Assembly: GCA_039621445.1 (NCBI GenBank)
Contig: CP154954.1
Coordinates: 34,073,737-34,137,736, forward strand
Origin: Euglena gracilis
Taxonomy: Eukaryota
Reading direction: 5' to 3'
DNA: 64,000 bases
Shown: positions 50,501 to 64,000 of the stretch, piece by piece
Position numbering within the stretch: position 1 is the stretch's first letter
Layout: every line of letters starts with the position of its first letter
Program-made: the position numbers and the translations under genes
Notes under the pieces: model-generated
Told to the model about the DNA's origin: nothing
The model's input: the letters and a program-made list of their open reading frames with translations, nothing else
The model's database searches: none

Positions 50501-53500
50501 AAATGACGTTTTTGGGGCGTCCGTTACTTACGTGCTATTTTGCGCCTCCCGGGCGGTAACGGCTGCGTTTTACGCACGCCCGCCACGGGCAAAATTACGG
50601 CTATCGCCCGCCGCCCTTCGCAACAGGATCGCCGACCTCTAGCCGGGGGGGAGCGCCCGTTTTTGGAGCGCCGGCGCAGCCGATTTCGGCCGAAAACGGC
50701 CAAAAAATGACGTTTTTGGGGGCGTCCGTTACTTACGTGCTATTTTGCGCCTCCCGGGCGGTAACGGCTGCGTTTTACGCACGCCCGCCACGGGCAAAAT
50801 TACGGCTATCCGCCCGCCGCCCTTCGCAACAGTTAGGTAAAGGATCGCCGACCTCTAGCCGGGGCAGAGCGCCCGTTTTTGGAGCGCCGGCGCAGCCGAT
50901 TTCGGCCGAAAACGGCCAAAAAATGACGTTTTTGGGGGCGTCCGTTACTTACGTGCTATTTTGCGCCTCCCGGGCGGTAACGGCTGCGTTTTACGCACGC
51001 CCGCCACGGGCAAAATTACGGCTATCCGCCCGCCGCCCTTCGCAACAGTTAGGTAAAGGATCGCCGACCTCTAGCCGGGGCAGAGCGCCCGTTTTTGGAG
51101 CGCCGGCGCAGCCGATTTCGGCCGAAAACGGCCAAAAAATGACGTTTTTGGGGGCGTCCGTTACTTACGTGCTATTTTGCGCCTCCCGGGCGGTAACGGC
51201 TGCGTTTTACGCACGCCCGCCACGGGCAAAATTACGGCTATCCGCCCGCCGCCCTTCGCAACAGTTCGGTAAAGGATCGCCGACCTCTAGCCGGGGCAGA
51301 GCGCCCGTTTTTGGAGCGCCGGCGCAGCCGATTTCGGCCGAAAACGGCCAAAAAATGACGTTTTTGGGGGCGTCCGTTACTTACGTGCTATTTTGCGCCT
51401 CCCGGGCGGTAACGGCTGCGTTTTACGCACGCCCGCCACGGGCAAAATTACGGCTATCCGCCCGCCGCCCTTCGCAACAGTTCGGTAAAGGATCGCCGAC
51501 CTCTAGCCGGGGCAGAGCGCCCGTTTTTGGAGCGCCGGCGCAGCCGATTTCGGCCGAAAACGGCCAAAAAATGACGTTTTTGGGGGCGTCCGTTACTTAC
51601 GTGCTATTTTGCGCCTCCCGGGCGGTAACGGCTGCGTTTTACGCACGCCCGCCACGGGCAAAATTACGGCTATCCGCCCGCCGCCCTTCGCAACAGTTAG
51701 GTAAAGGATCGCCGGCCTCTAGCCGGGGTTTTTGGAGCGCCGGCGCAGCCGATTTCGGCCGAAAACGGCCAAAAAATGACGTTTTTGGGGGCGTCCGTTA
51801 CTTACGTGCTATTTTGCGCCTCCCGGGCGGTAACGGCTGCGTTTTACGCACGCCCGCCACGGGCAAAATTACGGCTATCCGCCCGCCGCCCTTCGCAACA
51901 GTTAGGTAAAGGATCGCCGACCTCTAGCCGGGGCAGAGCGCCCGTTTTTGGAGCGCCGGCGCAGCCGATTTCGGCCGAAAAAGGCCAAAAAATGACGTTT
52001 TTGGGGGCGTCCGTTACTTACGTGCTATTTTGCGCCTCCCGGGCGGTAACGGCTGCGTTTTACGCACGCCCGCCACGGGCAAAATTACGGCTATCCGCCC
52101 GCCGCCCTTCGCAACAGTTAGGTAAAGGATCGCCGACCTCTAGCCGGGGCAGAGCGCCCGTTTTTGGAGCGCCGGCGCAGCCGATTTCGGCCGAAAACGG
52201 CCAAAAAATGACGTTTTTGGGGGCGTCCGTTACTTACGTGCTATTTTGCGCCTCCCGGGCGGTAACGGCTGCGTTTTACGCACGCCCGCCACGGGCAAAA
52301 TTACGGCTATCCGCCCGCCGCCCTTCGCAACAGTTAGGTAAAGGATCGCCGACCTCTAGCCGGGGCAGAGCGCCCGTTTTTGGAGCGCCGGCGCAGCCGA
52401 TTTCGGCCGAAAACGGCCAAAAAATGACGTTTTTGGGGGCGTCCGTTACTTACGTGCTATTTTGCGCCTCCCGGGCGGTAACGGCTGCGTTTTACGCACG
52501 CCCGCCACGGGCAAAATTACGGCTATCCGCCCGCCGCCCTTCGCAACAGTTAGGTAAAGGATCGCCGACCTCTAGCCGGGGCAGAGCGCCCGTTTTTGGA
52601 GCGCCGGCGCAGCCGATTTCGGCCGAAAACGGCCAAAAAATGACGTTTTTGGGGGCGTCCGTTACTTACGTGCTATTTTGCGCCTCCCGGGCGGTAACGG
52701 CTGCGTTTTACGCACGCCCGCCACGGGCAAAATTACGGCTATCCGCCCGCCGCCCTTCGCAACAGTTAGGTAAAGGATCGCCGGCCTCTAGCCGGGGCAG
52801 AGCGCCCGTTTTTGGAGCGCCGGCGCAGCCGATTTCGGAAAAAAAAAAAAAAAAAATGACGTTTTTGGGGGCGTCCGTTACTTACGTGCTATTTTGCGCC
52901 TCCCGGGCGGTAACGGCTGCGTTTTACGCACGCCCGCCACGGGCAAAATTACGGCTATGTGCCCGCCGCCCTTCGCAACAGTTAGGTAAAGGATCGCCGG
53001 CCTCTAGCCGGGGCAGAGCGCCCGTTTTTGGAGCGCCGGCGCAGCCGATTTCGGCCGAAAACGGCCAAAAAATGACGTTTTTGGGGGCGTCCGTTACTTA
53101 CGTGCTATTTTGCGCCTCCCGGGCGGTAACGGCTGCGTTTTACGCACGCCCGCCACGGGCAAAATTACGGCTATCCGCCCGCCGCCCTTCGCAACAGTTA
53201 GGTAAAGGATCGCCGACCTCTAGCCGGGGCAGAGCGCCCGTTTTTGGAGCGCCGGCGCAGCCGATTTCGGCCGAAAACGGCCAAAAAATGACGTTTTTGG
53301 GGGGCGTCCGTTACTTACGTGCTATTTTGCGCCTCCCGGGCGGTAACGGCTGCGTTTTACGCACGCCCGCCACGGGCAAACATACGGCTATCCGCCCGCC
53401 GCCCTTCGCAACAGTTAGGTAAAGGATCGCCGACCTCTAGCCGGGGCAGAGCGCCCGTTTTTGGAGCGCCGGCGCAGCCGATTTCGGCCGAAAACGGCCA

Positions 53501-56500
53501 AAAAATGACGTTTTTGGGGCCGTCCGTTACTTACGTGCTATTTTGCGCCTCCCGGGCGGTAACGGTTGCGTTTTACGCACGGCCGCCACGGGCAAAATTA
53601 CGGCTATCCGCCCGCCGCCCTTCGCAACAGTTAGGTAAAGGATCGCCGACCTCTAGCCGGGGCAGAGCGCCCGTTTTTGGAGCGCCGGCGCAGCCGATTT
53701 CGGCCGAAAACGGCCAAAAAATGACGTTTTTGGGGGCGTCCGTTACTTACGTGCTATTTTGCGCCTCCCGGGCGGTAACGGCTGCGTTTTACGCACGCCC
53801 GCCACGGGCAAAATTACGGCTATCCGCCCGCCGCCCTTCGCAACAGTTAGGTAAAGGATCGCCGACCTCTAGCCGGGGCAGAGCGCCCGTTTTTGGAGCG
53901 CCGGCGCAGCCGATTTCGGCCGAAAACGGCCAAAAAATGACGTTTTTGGGGGCGTCCGTTACTTACGTGCTATTTTGCGCCTCCCGGGCGGTAACGGCTG
54001 CGTTTTACGCACGCCCGCCGCGGGCAAAATTGCGGCTATCCGCCCGCCGCCCTTCGCAACAGTTAGGTAAAGGATCGCCGACCTCTAGCCGGGGCAGAGC
54101 GCCCGTTTTTGGAGCGCCGGCGCAGCCGATTTCGGCCGAAAACGGCCAAAAAATGACGTTTTTGGGGGCGTCCGTTACTTACGTGCTATTTTGCGCTCCC
54201 GGGCGGTAACGGCTGCGTTTTACGCACGCCCGCCGCGGGCAAAATTACGGCTATCCGCCCGCCGCCCTTCGCAACAGTTAGGTAAAGGATCGCCGACCTC
54301 TAGCCGGGGCAGAGCGCCCGTTTTTGGAGCGCCGGCGCAGCCGATTTCGGCCGAAACGGCCAAAAAATGACGTTTTTGGGGCGTCCGTTACTTACGTGCT
54401 ATTTTGCGCCTCCCGGGCGGTAACGGCTGCGTTTTACGCACGCCCGCCACGGGCAAAATTACGGCTATCCGCCCGCCGCCCTTCGCAACAGTCAGGTAAA
54501 GGATCGCCGACCTCTAGCCGGGGCAGAGCGCACGTTTTTGGAGCGCCGGCGCAGCCGATTTCGGCCGAAAACGGCCAAAAAAGACATTTTTGGGGGCGTC
54601 CATTACTTACGTGCTATTTTGCGCCTCCCGGGCGGTAACGGCTGCGTTTTACGCACGCCCGCCACGGGCAAACATACGGCTATCCGCCCGCCGCCCTTCG
54701 CAACAGTTAGGTAAAGGATCGCCGACCTCTAGCCGGGGCAGAGCGCCCGTTTTTGGAGCGCCGGCGCAGCCGATTTCGGCCGAAAACGGCCAAAAAATGA
54801 CGTTTTTGGGGGCGTCCGTTACTTACGTGCTATTTTGCGCCTCCCGGGCGGTAACGGCTGCGTTTTACGCACGCCCGCCACGGGCAAAATTACGGCTATC
54901 CGCCCGCCGCCCTTCGCAACAGTTAGGTAAAGGATCGCCGACCTCTAGCCGGGGCAGAGCGCCCGTTCTTGGAGCGCCGGCGCAGCCGATTTCGGCCGAA
55001 AACGGCCAAAAAATGACGTTTTTGGGGGCGTCCGTTACTTACGTGCTATTTTGCGCCTCCCGGGCGGTAACGGCTGCGTTTTACGCACGCCCGCCACGGG
55101 CAAAATTACGGCTATGTGCCCGCCGCCCTTCGCAACAGTTAGGTAAAGGATCGCCGACCTCTAGCCGGGGCAGAGCGCCCGTTTTTGGAGCGCCGGCGCA
55201 GCCGATTTCGGCCGAAAACGGCCAAAAAATGACGTTTTTGGGGCGTCCGTTACTTACGTGCTATTTTGCGCCTCCCGGGCGGTAACGGCTGCGTTTTACG
55301 CACGCCCGCCACGGGCAAACATACGGCTATCCGCCCGCCGCCCTTCGCAACAGTTAGGTAAAGGATCGCCGACCTCTAGCCGGGGCAGAGCGCCCGTTCT
55401 TGGAGCGCCGGCGCAGCCGATTTCGGCCGAAAACGGTCAAAAAATGACGTTTTTGGGGGCGTCCGTTACTTACGTGCTATTTTGCGCCTCCCGGGCGGTA
55501 ACGGCTGCGTTTTACGCACGCCCGCCACGGGCAAAATTGCGGCTATCCGCCCGCCGCCCTTCGCAACAGTTAGGTAAAGGATCGCCGACCTCTAGCCGGG
55601 GCAGAGCGCCCGTTTTTGGAGCGCCGGCGCAGCCGATTTCGGCCGAAAACGGCCAAAAAATGACGTTTTTGGGGGCGTCCGTTACTTACGTGCTATTTTG
55701 CGCCTCCCGGGCGGTAACGGTTGCGTTTTACGCACGGCCGTCACGGGCAACATTACGGCTATCCGCCCGCCGCCCTTCGCAACAGTTAGGTAAAGGATCG
55801 CCGACCTCTAGCCGGGGCAGAGCGCACGTTTTTGGAGCGCCGGCGCAGCCGATTTCGGCCGAAAACGGCCAAAAAATGACGTTTTTGGGGGCGTCCGTTA
55901 CTTACGTGCTATTTTGCGCCTCCCGGGCGGTAACGGCTGCGTTTTACGCACGCCCGCCACGGGTAAAATTACGGCTATCCGCCCGTCGCCATTCGCAACA
56001 GTTAGGTAAAGGATCGCCGACCTCTAGCCGGGGCAGAGCGCCCGTTTTTGGAGCGCCGGCGCAGCCGATTTCGGCCGAAAACGGCCAAAAAATGACGTTT
56101 TTGGGGGCGTCCGTTACTTACGTGCTATTTTGCGCCTCCCGGGCGGTAACGGCTGCGTTTTACGCACGCCCGCCACGGGCAAAATTACGGCTATCCGCCG
56201 GCGCCCTTCGCAACAGTTAGGTAAAGGATCGCCGACCTCTAGCCGGGGCAGAGCGCCCGTTTTTGGAGCGCCGGCGCAGCCGATTTCGGCCGAAAACGGC
56301 CAAAAAATGACGTTTTTGGGGGCGTCCGTTACTTACGTGCTATTTTGCGCCTCCCGGGCGGTAACGGCTGCGTTTTACGCACGCCCGCCACGGGCAAAAT
56401 TACGGCTATCCGCCCGTCGCCCTTCGCAACAGTTAGGTAAAGGATCGCCGACCTCTAGCCGGGGCAGAGCGCCCGTTTTTGGAGCGCCGGCGCAGCCGAT

Positions 56501-57940
56501 TTCGGCCGAAAAAGGCCGAAAAATGACGTTTTTGGGGGCGTCCGTTACTTACGTGCTATTTTGCGCCTCCCGGGCGGTAACGGCTGCGTTTTACGCACGC
56601 CCGCCACGGGCAAAATTACGGCTATCCGCCCGCCGCCCTTCGCAACAGTTAGGTAAAGGATCGCCGACCTCTAGCCGGGGCAGAGCACCCGTTTTTGGAG
56701 CGCCGGCGCAGCCGATTTCGGCCGAAAACGGCCAAAAAAAGACGTTTTTGGGGGTGTCTGTTACTTACGTGCTATTTTGCGCCTTCATGGTGGTAACGGC
56801 TGCGTTTTACGCACGCCCGCCGCGCGCAAAATTACGGCTATCCGCCCGCCGCCCTTCGCAACAGTCAGGTAAAGGACCGCCGACCTCTAGCCGGGGCAGA
56901 GCGCACGTTTTTAGAGCGCCGGCGCAGCCGATTTCGGCCGAAAACGGCCAAAAAAGACATTTTTGGGGGCGTCCATTACTTACGTGCTATTTTGCGCCTC
57001 CCGGGCGGTAACGCCTGCGTTTTACGCACGCCCGCCACGGGCAAAATTACGGCTATCCACCCGCCGCCCTTCGCAACAGTTAGGTAAAGGATCGCCGACC
57101 TCTAGCCGGGGCGGAGCGCCCAATTTTGGAGCGCCTCTGCAGCCGATTTCGGCCGAAAACGGCCAAAAAATGACGTTTTTGGGGGCGTCCGTTACTTACG
57201 TGCTATTTTGCGCCTCCCGGGCGGTAACGGCTGTGTTTTACGCACGCCCGCCACGGGCAAAATTACGGCTATACACCCGCCGCCCTTCGCAACAGTTAGG
57301 TAAAGGATCGCCGACCTCTAGCCGGGGCGGAGCGCCCGTTTTTGGAGCGCCGGCGCAGCCGATTTCGGCCGAAAACGGCCAAAAAATGACGTTTTTGGGG
57401 GCGTCCGTTACTTACGTGCTATTTTGCGCCTCCCGGGCGGTAACGCCTGCGTTTTACGCACGCCCGCCACGGGCAAACATACGGCTATCCGCCCGCCGCC
57501 CTTCGCAACAGTTAGGTAAAGGATCGCCGACCTCTAGCCGGGGCAGAGCGCCCGTTTTTGGAGCGCCGGCGCAGCCGATTTCGGCCGAAAACGGCCAAAA
57601 AATGACGTTTTTGGGGGCGTCCGTTACTTACGTGCTATTTTGCGCCTCCCGGGCGGTAACGGCTGCGTTTTACGCACGCCCGCCGCGGGCAAAATTACGG
57701 CTATCCGCCCGCCGCCCTTCGCAACAGTTAGTAAAGGATCGCCGACCTCTAGCCGGGGAAGAGCGCCCGTTTTTGGAGCGCCGGCGCAGCCGATTTCGGC
57801 CGAAAACGGCCAAAAAAGACGTTTTTGGGGGCGTCTGTTACTTACGTGCTATTTTGCGCCTCCCGGGCGGTAACGGCTGCGTTTTACGCACGCCCGCCAC
57901 AGGCAAAATTACGGCTATCCGCCCGCCACCCTTCGCAACA
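35599..57940 (+). repeat. 216-bp tandem satellite array (~103 monomers), putatively centromeric
   Basis: 216-bp period, nearly invariant across ~38.7-49.7 kb, more variable at the edges. Confidence 0.97.
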
Positions 57941-60900
57941 GGCGCTCTGCCCCGGCTAGTGGTCGGCGGTCCTTTACCTGACTGTTGCGAAGGGCGGCGG
58001 GCGGATAGCCGCAATTTTGCCCGTGGCGGGCGTGCGTAAAACGCAGCCGTTACCGCCCGGGAGGCGCAAAATAGCACGTAACGTAACGTAACGTAACGGA
58101 CGCCCCCAAAAACGTCATTTTTTGGCCGTTTTTGGCCGAAATCGGCTGCGCCGGCGCTCCAAAAACGGGCGCTCTGCCCCGGCTAGAGCTCGGTGATCCT
58201 TTACCTAACTGTTGCGAAGGGCGGCGGGCGGATAGCCGCAATTTTGCCCGCGGCGGGCGTGCGTAAAACGCAGCCGTTACCGCCCGGGAGGCGCAAAATA
58301 GCACGTAAGTAACGGACGCCCCCAAAAACGTCATTTTTTTGGCCGTTTTCGGCCGAAATCGGCTGCGCCGGCGCTCCAAAAACGGGCGCTCTGCCCCGGC
58401 TAGAGGTCGGCGATCCTTTACCTAACTGTTGCGAAGGGCGGCGGGCGGATAGCCGCAATTTTGCCCGTGGCGGGCGTGCGTAAAACGCAGCCGTTACCGC
58501 CCGGGAGGCGCAAAATAGCACGTAAGTAACGGACGCCCCCCAAAAACGTCTTTTTTTGGCCGTTTTCGGCCGAAATCGGCTGCGCCGGCGCTCCAAAAAC
58601 GGGCGCTCTGCCCCGGCTAGAGGTCGGCGGTCCTTTACCTGACTGTTGCGAAGGGCGGCGGGCGGATAGCCGCAATTTTGCCCGTGGCGGGCGTGCGTAA
58701 AACGCAGCCGTTACCGCCCGGGAGGCGCAAAATAGCACGTAAGTAACGGACGCCCCCAAAAACGTCTTTTTTTTGGCCGTTTTCGGCCGAAATCGGCTGC
58801 GCCGGCGCTCCGAAAACGGGCGCTCTGCCCCGGCTAGAGGTCGGCGGTCCTTTACCTGACTGTTGCGAAGGGCGGCGGGCGGATAGCCGCAATTTTGCCC
58901 GTGGCGGGCGTGCGTAAAACGCAGCCGTTACCGCCCGGGAGGCGCAAAATAGCACGTAAGTAACGGACGCCCCCAAAAACGTCTTTTTTGGCCGTTTTCG
59001 GCCGAAATCGGCTGCGCCGGCGCTCCAAAAACGGGCGCTCTGCCCCGGCTAGAGGTCGGCGATCCTTTACCTGACTGTTGCGAAGGGCGGCGGGCGGATA
59101 GCCGTAATTTTGCCCGCGGCGGGCGTGCGTAAAACGCAGCCGTTACCGCCCGGGAGGCGCAAAATAGCACGTAAGTAACGGACGCCCCCAAAAACGTCTT
59201 TTTTTGGCCGTTTTCGGCCGAAATCGGCTGCGCCGGCGCTCCAAAAACGTGCGCTCTGCCCCGGCTAGAGGTCGGCGGTCCTTTACCTGACTGTTGCGAA
59301 GGGCGGCGGGCGGATAGCCGTAATTTTGCCCGCGGCGGGCGTGCGTAAAACGCAGCCGTTACCGCCCGGGAGGCGCAAAATAGCACGTAAGTAACGGACG
59401 CCCCCAAAAACGTCTTTTTTGGCCGTTTTCGGCCGAAATCGGCTGCGCCGGCGCTCCAAAAACGGGCGCTCTGCCCCGGCTAGAGGTCGGCGATCCTTTA
59501 CCTAACTGTTGCGAAGGGCGGCGGGCGGATAGCCGTAATTTTGCCCGTGGCGGGCGTGCGTAAAACGCAGCCGTTACCGCCCGGGAGGCGCAAAATAGCA
59601 CGTAAGTAACGGACGCCCCCAAAAACGTCTTTTTTGGCCGTTTTCGGCCGAAATCGGCTGCGCCGGCGCTCCAAAAACGTGCGCTCTGCCCCGGCTAGAG
59701 GTCGGCGGTCCTTTACCTGACTGTTGCGAAGGGCGGCGGGCGGATAGCCGTAATTTTGCCCGTGGCGGGCGTGCGTAAAACGCAGCCGTTACCGCCCGGG
59801 AGGCGCAAAATAGCACGTAAGTAACGGACGCCCCCAAAAACGTCTTTTTTGGCCGTTTTCGGCCGAAATCGGCTGCGCCGGCGCTCCAAAAACGTGCGCT
59901 CTGCCCCGGCTAGAGGTCGGCGATCCTTTACCTAACTGTTGCGAAGGGCGGCGGGCGGATAGCCGCAATTTTGCCCGTGGCGGGCGTGCGTAAAACGCAG
60001 CCGTTACCGCCCGGGAGGCGCAAAATAGCACGTAAGTAACGGACGCCCCCAAAAACGTCTTTTTTTGGCCGTTTTCGGCCGAAATCGGCTGCGCCGGCGC
60101 TCCAAAAACGGGCGCTCTGCCCCGGCTAGAGGTCGGCGGTCCTTTACCGAACTGTTGCGAAGGGCGGCGGGCGGATAGCCGCAATTTTGCCCGCGGCGGG
60201 CGTGCGTAAAACGCAGCCGTTACCGCCCGGGAGGCGCAAAATAGCACGTAAGTAACGGACGCCCCCAAAAACGTCATTTTTTGGCCGTTTTCGGCCGAAA
60301 TCGGCTGCGCCGGCGCTCCAAAAACGGGCGCTCTGCCCCGGCTAGAGGTCGGCGATCCTTTACCTAACTGTTGCGAAGGGCGGCGGGCGGATAGCCGTAA
60401 TTTTGCCCGCGGCGGGCGTGCGTAAAACGCAGCCGTTACCGCCCGGGAGGCGCAAAATAGCACGTAAGTAACGGACGCCCCCAAAAACGTCATTTTTTTG
60501 GCCGTTTTCGGCCGAAATCGGCTGCGCCGGCGCTCCAAAAACGGGCGCTCTGCCCCGGCTAGAGGTCGGCGATCCTTTACCTAACTGTTGCGAAGGGCGG
60601 CGGGCGGATAGCCGTAATTTTGCCCGTGGCGGGCGTGCGTAGAACACCGCCCGGGAGGCGCAAAATAGCACGTAAGTAACGGACGCCCCCAGAAGCGTCT
60701 TTTTTGGCCGTTTTCGGCCGAAATCGGCTGCGCCGGCGCTCCAAAAACGTGCGCTCTGCCCCGGCTAGAGGTCGGCGGTCCTTTACTTGACTGTTGCGAA
60801 GGGCGGCGGGCGGATAGCCGTAATTTTGCCCGTGGCGGGCGTGCGTAAAACGCAGCCGTTACCGCCCGGGAGGCGCAAAATAGCACGTAAGTAACGGACG

Positions 60901-63900
60901 CCCCCAAAAACGTCATTTTTTGGCCGTTTTCGGCCGAAATCGGCTGCGCCGGCGCTCCAAAAACGGGCGCTCTGCCCCGGCTAGAGGTCGGCGATCCTTT
61001 ACCTGACTGTTGCGAAGGGCGGCGGGCGGATAACCATAATTTTGCCCGTTGCGGGCGTGCGTAAAACGCAGCCGTTACCGCCCGGGAGGCGTAAAATAGC
61101 ACGTAAGTAACGGACCGTCCGTTACTTACGTGCTATTTTGCGCCTCCCGGGCGGTAACGGCTGCGTTTTACGCACGCCCGCCGCGGGCAGAATTGCGGCT
61201 ATCCGCCCGCCGCCCTTCGCAACAGTTCGGTAAAGGACCGCCGAGCTCTAGCCGGGGCACAGCGCCCGTTTTTGGATCGCCGGCGCAGCCGATTTCGGCC
61301 GAAAACGGCGAAAAAAAGACGTTTTTGGGGGCGTGCGTAAAACGCAGCCGTTACCGCCCGGGAGGCGCAAAATAGCACGTAAGTAACGGACGCCCCCAAA
61401 AACGTCATTTTTTGGCCGTTTTCGGCCGAAATCGGCTGCGCCGGCGCTCCAAAAACGTGCGCTCTGCCCCGGCTAGAGGTCGGCGGTCCTTTACCTGACT
61501 GTTGCGAAGGGCGGCGGGCGGATAGCCGTAATTTTGCCCGTGGCGGGCGTGCGTAAAACGCAGCCGTTACCGCCCGGGAGGCGCAAAATAGCACGTAAGT
61601 AACGGACGCCCCCAAAAACGTCATTTTTTGGCCGTTTTCGGCCGAAATCGGCTGCGCCGGCGCTCCAAAAATGGGCGTTCTGACCCGGCTAGACGTCGGC
61701 GATCCTTTACTGAACTGTTGCGAAGGGCGGCGGGCGGATAGCCGTAATTTTGCCCGTGGCGGGCGTGCGTAAAACGCAGCCGTTACCGCCCGGGAGGCGC
61801 AAAATAGCACGTAAGTAACGGACGCCGCCAAAAACGTCATTTTTTGGCCGTTTTCGGCCGAAATCGGCTGCGCCGGCGCTCCAAAAACGGGCGCTCTGCC
61901 CCGGCTAGAGGTCGGCGATCCTTTACCTAACTGTTGCGAAGGGCGGCGGGCGGATAGCCGTAATTTTGCCCGTGGCGGGCGTGCGTAAAACGCAGCCGTT
62001 ACCGCCCGGGAGGCGCAAAATAGCACGTAAGTAACGGACGCCCCCAAAAACGTCTTTTTTGGCCGTTTTCGGCCGAAATCGGCTGCGCCGGCGCTCTAAA
62101 AACGTGCGCTCTGCCCGGCTAGAGGTCGGCGATCCTTTACCTGACTGTTGCGAAGGGCGGCGGGCGGATAGCCGTAATTTTGCCCGCGGCGGGCGTGCGT
62201 AAAACGCAGCCGTTACCGCCCGGGAGGCGCAAAATAGCACGTAAGTAACGGACGCCCCCAAAAACGTCTTTTTTGGCCGTTTTCGGCCGAAATCGGCTGC
62301 GCCGGCGCTCCAAAAACGTGCGCTCTGCCCCGGCTAGAGGTCGGCGATCCTTTACCTAACTGTTGCGAAGGGCGGCGGGCGGATAGCCGTAATTTTGCCC
62401 GTGGCGGGCGTGCGTAAAACGCAGCCGTTACCGCCCGGGAGGCGCAAAATAGCACGTAAGTAACGGACGCCCCCAAAAAATGTCATCTTTCGGCCGTTTT
62501 CGGCCGAAATCGGCTGCGCCGGCGCTCCAAAAACGTGCGCTCTGCCCCGGCTAGAGGTCGGCGATCCTTTACCTGACTGTTGCGAAGGGCGGCGGGCGGA
62601 TAGCCGTAATTTTGCCCGCGGCGGGCGTGCGTAAAACGCAGCCGTTACCGCCCGGGAGGCGCAAAATAGCACGTAAGTAACAGACACCCCCAAAAACGTC
62701 TTTTTTTTGGCCGTTTTCGGCCGAAATCGGCTGCGCCGGCGCTCCAAAAACGGGTGATCTGCCCCGGCTAGAGGTCGGCGATCCTTTACCGAACTGTTGC
62801 AAAGGGCGGCGGGCGGATAGCCGTAATTTTGCCCGTGGCGGGCGTGCGTAAAACACAGCCGTTACCGCCCGGGAGGCGCAAAATAGCACGTAAGTAACGG
62901 ACGCCCCCAAAAACGTCATTTTTTGGCCGTTTTCGGCCGAAATCGTCTGCGCCGGCGCTCCAAAAACGTGCGCTCTGCCCGGCTAGAGGTCGGTGATCCT
63001 TTACCTAACTGATGCGGAGGGCGGCGGGTGGATAGCCGTAATTTTGCCCGTGGCGGGCGTGCGTAAAACGCAGGCGTTACCGCCCGGGAGGCGCAAAATA
63101 GCACGTAAGTAATGGACGCCCCCAAAAATGTCTTTTTTGGCCGTTTTCGGCCGAAATCGGCTGCGCCGGCGCTCTAAAAACGTGCGCTCTGCCCGGCTAG
63201 AGGTCGGCGGTCCTTTACCTGACTGTTGCGAAGGGCGGCGGGCGGATAGCCGTAATTTTGCCCGCGGCGGGCGTGCATAAAACGCAGCCGTTACCGCCAT
63301 GGAGGCGCAAAATAGCACGTAAGTAACAGACACTGCCAAAACGTCTTTTTTTGGCCGTTTTCGGCCGAAATCGGCTGCGCCGGCGCTCCGAAAAAGGGCG
63401 CTCTGCCCCGGCTAGAGGTCGGCGATGCTTTAGCCGACTGTTGCGAAGGGTGGCGGGCGGATAGCCGCAATTTTGCCCGTGGCGGGCGTGCGTAAAACGC
63501 AGCCGTTACCGCCCGGGAGGCGCAAAATAGCACGCCGGCGCTCCAAAAACGTGCGCTCTGCCCCGGCTAGAGGTCGGCGATCCTTTACCTAACTGTTGCG
63601 AAGGGCGGCGGGCGGATAGCCGTAATTTTGCCCGTGGCGGGCGTGCGTAAAACGCAGCCGTTACCGCCCGGGAGGCGCAAAATAGCACGTAAGTAACGGA
63701 CGCCCCCAAAAACGTCATTTTTTGGCCGTTTTCGGCCGAAATCGGCTGCGCCGGCGCTCCAAAATTGGGCGCTCTGCCCCGGCTAGAGGTCGGCGATCCT
63801 TTACCTAACTGTTGCGAAGGGCGGCGGGTGGATAGCCGTAATTTTGCCCGTGGCGGGCGTGCGTAAAACGCAGGTGTTACCGCCCGGGAGGCGCAAAATA

Positions 63901-64000
63901 GCACGTAAGTAATGGACGCCCCCAAAAATGTCTTTTTTGGCCGTTTTCGGCCGAAATCGGCTGCGCCGGCGCTCTAAAAACGTGCGCTGCGCCCCGGCTA
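57941..64000 (-). repeat. Same 216-bp satellite in inverted orientation (with a + block at ~61117-61333)
   Basis: Reverse-complement monomers from ggcgctctgccccggctag at 57941 to the window end. Confidence 0.96.

Noticed and set aside
52838-52856. Poly-A tract in a satellite monomer as a retroposition scar
   Set aside because: 18 A residues replace exactly 18 bases of an A-rich segment with no TSD; more likely a consensus error or local slippage.
35615-63925. Long ORFs (up to 1,039 aa) made of a 72-aa repeat
   Set aside because: Artefact of a GC-rich 216-bp (3n) monomer lacking a stop in one frame; the frame is broken repeatedly by 1-bp indels and no domain is recognisable.

Overview
Eukaryotic repeat-rich, centromere-like DNA with no host genes. 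Bases 35599-64000 are a 216-bp GC-rich satellite array that switches strand at ~57940 and has a small fold-back at ~61116. Bases 1-35598 are a nested stack of Ty3/gypsy LTR retroelements that can be rebuilt from LTR pairs and target-site duplications (TSDs). An outer element C ends in the satellite. Inside C sits a large chromovirus-type element A (782-32356, TSD ATTTT). A contains a ~11.4-kb inversion of its 5' half, a 21-copy satellite block inserted in RT, a TRIM-like mini-element (TSD AAGG) and a young gag-only element B (TSD AATGG). Rebuilt, A has several unusual features: (i) a phage-Dam/DIRS-type DNA N6-adenine methyltransferase-like domain between protease and RT; (ii) an in-frame UAG plus strong stem-loop at the gag-pol junction, a readthrough-like signal; (iii) a C-terminal chromodomain; (iv) a ~1,840-codon third ORF downstream of pol with Cys/His clusters, which rejoins in frame once two insertions are removed; (v) non-canonical TG...CT LTR termini. 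All domain calls are from motif recognition by eye; no searches were run.
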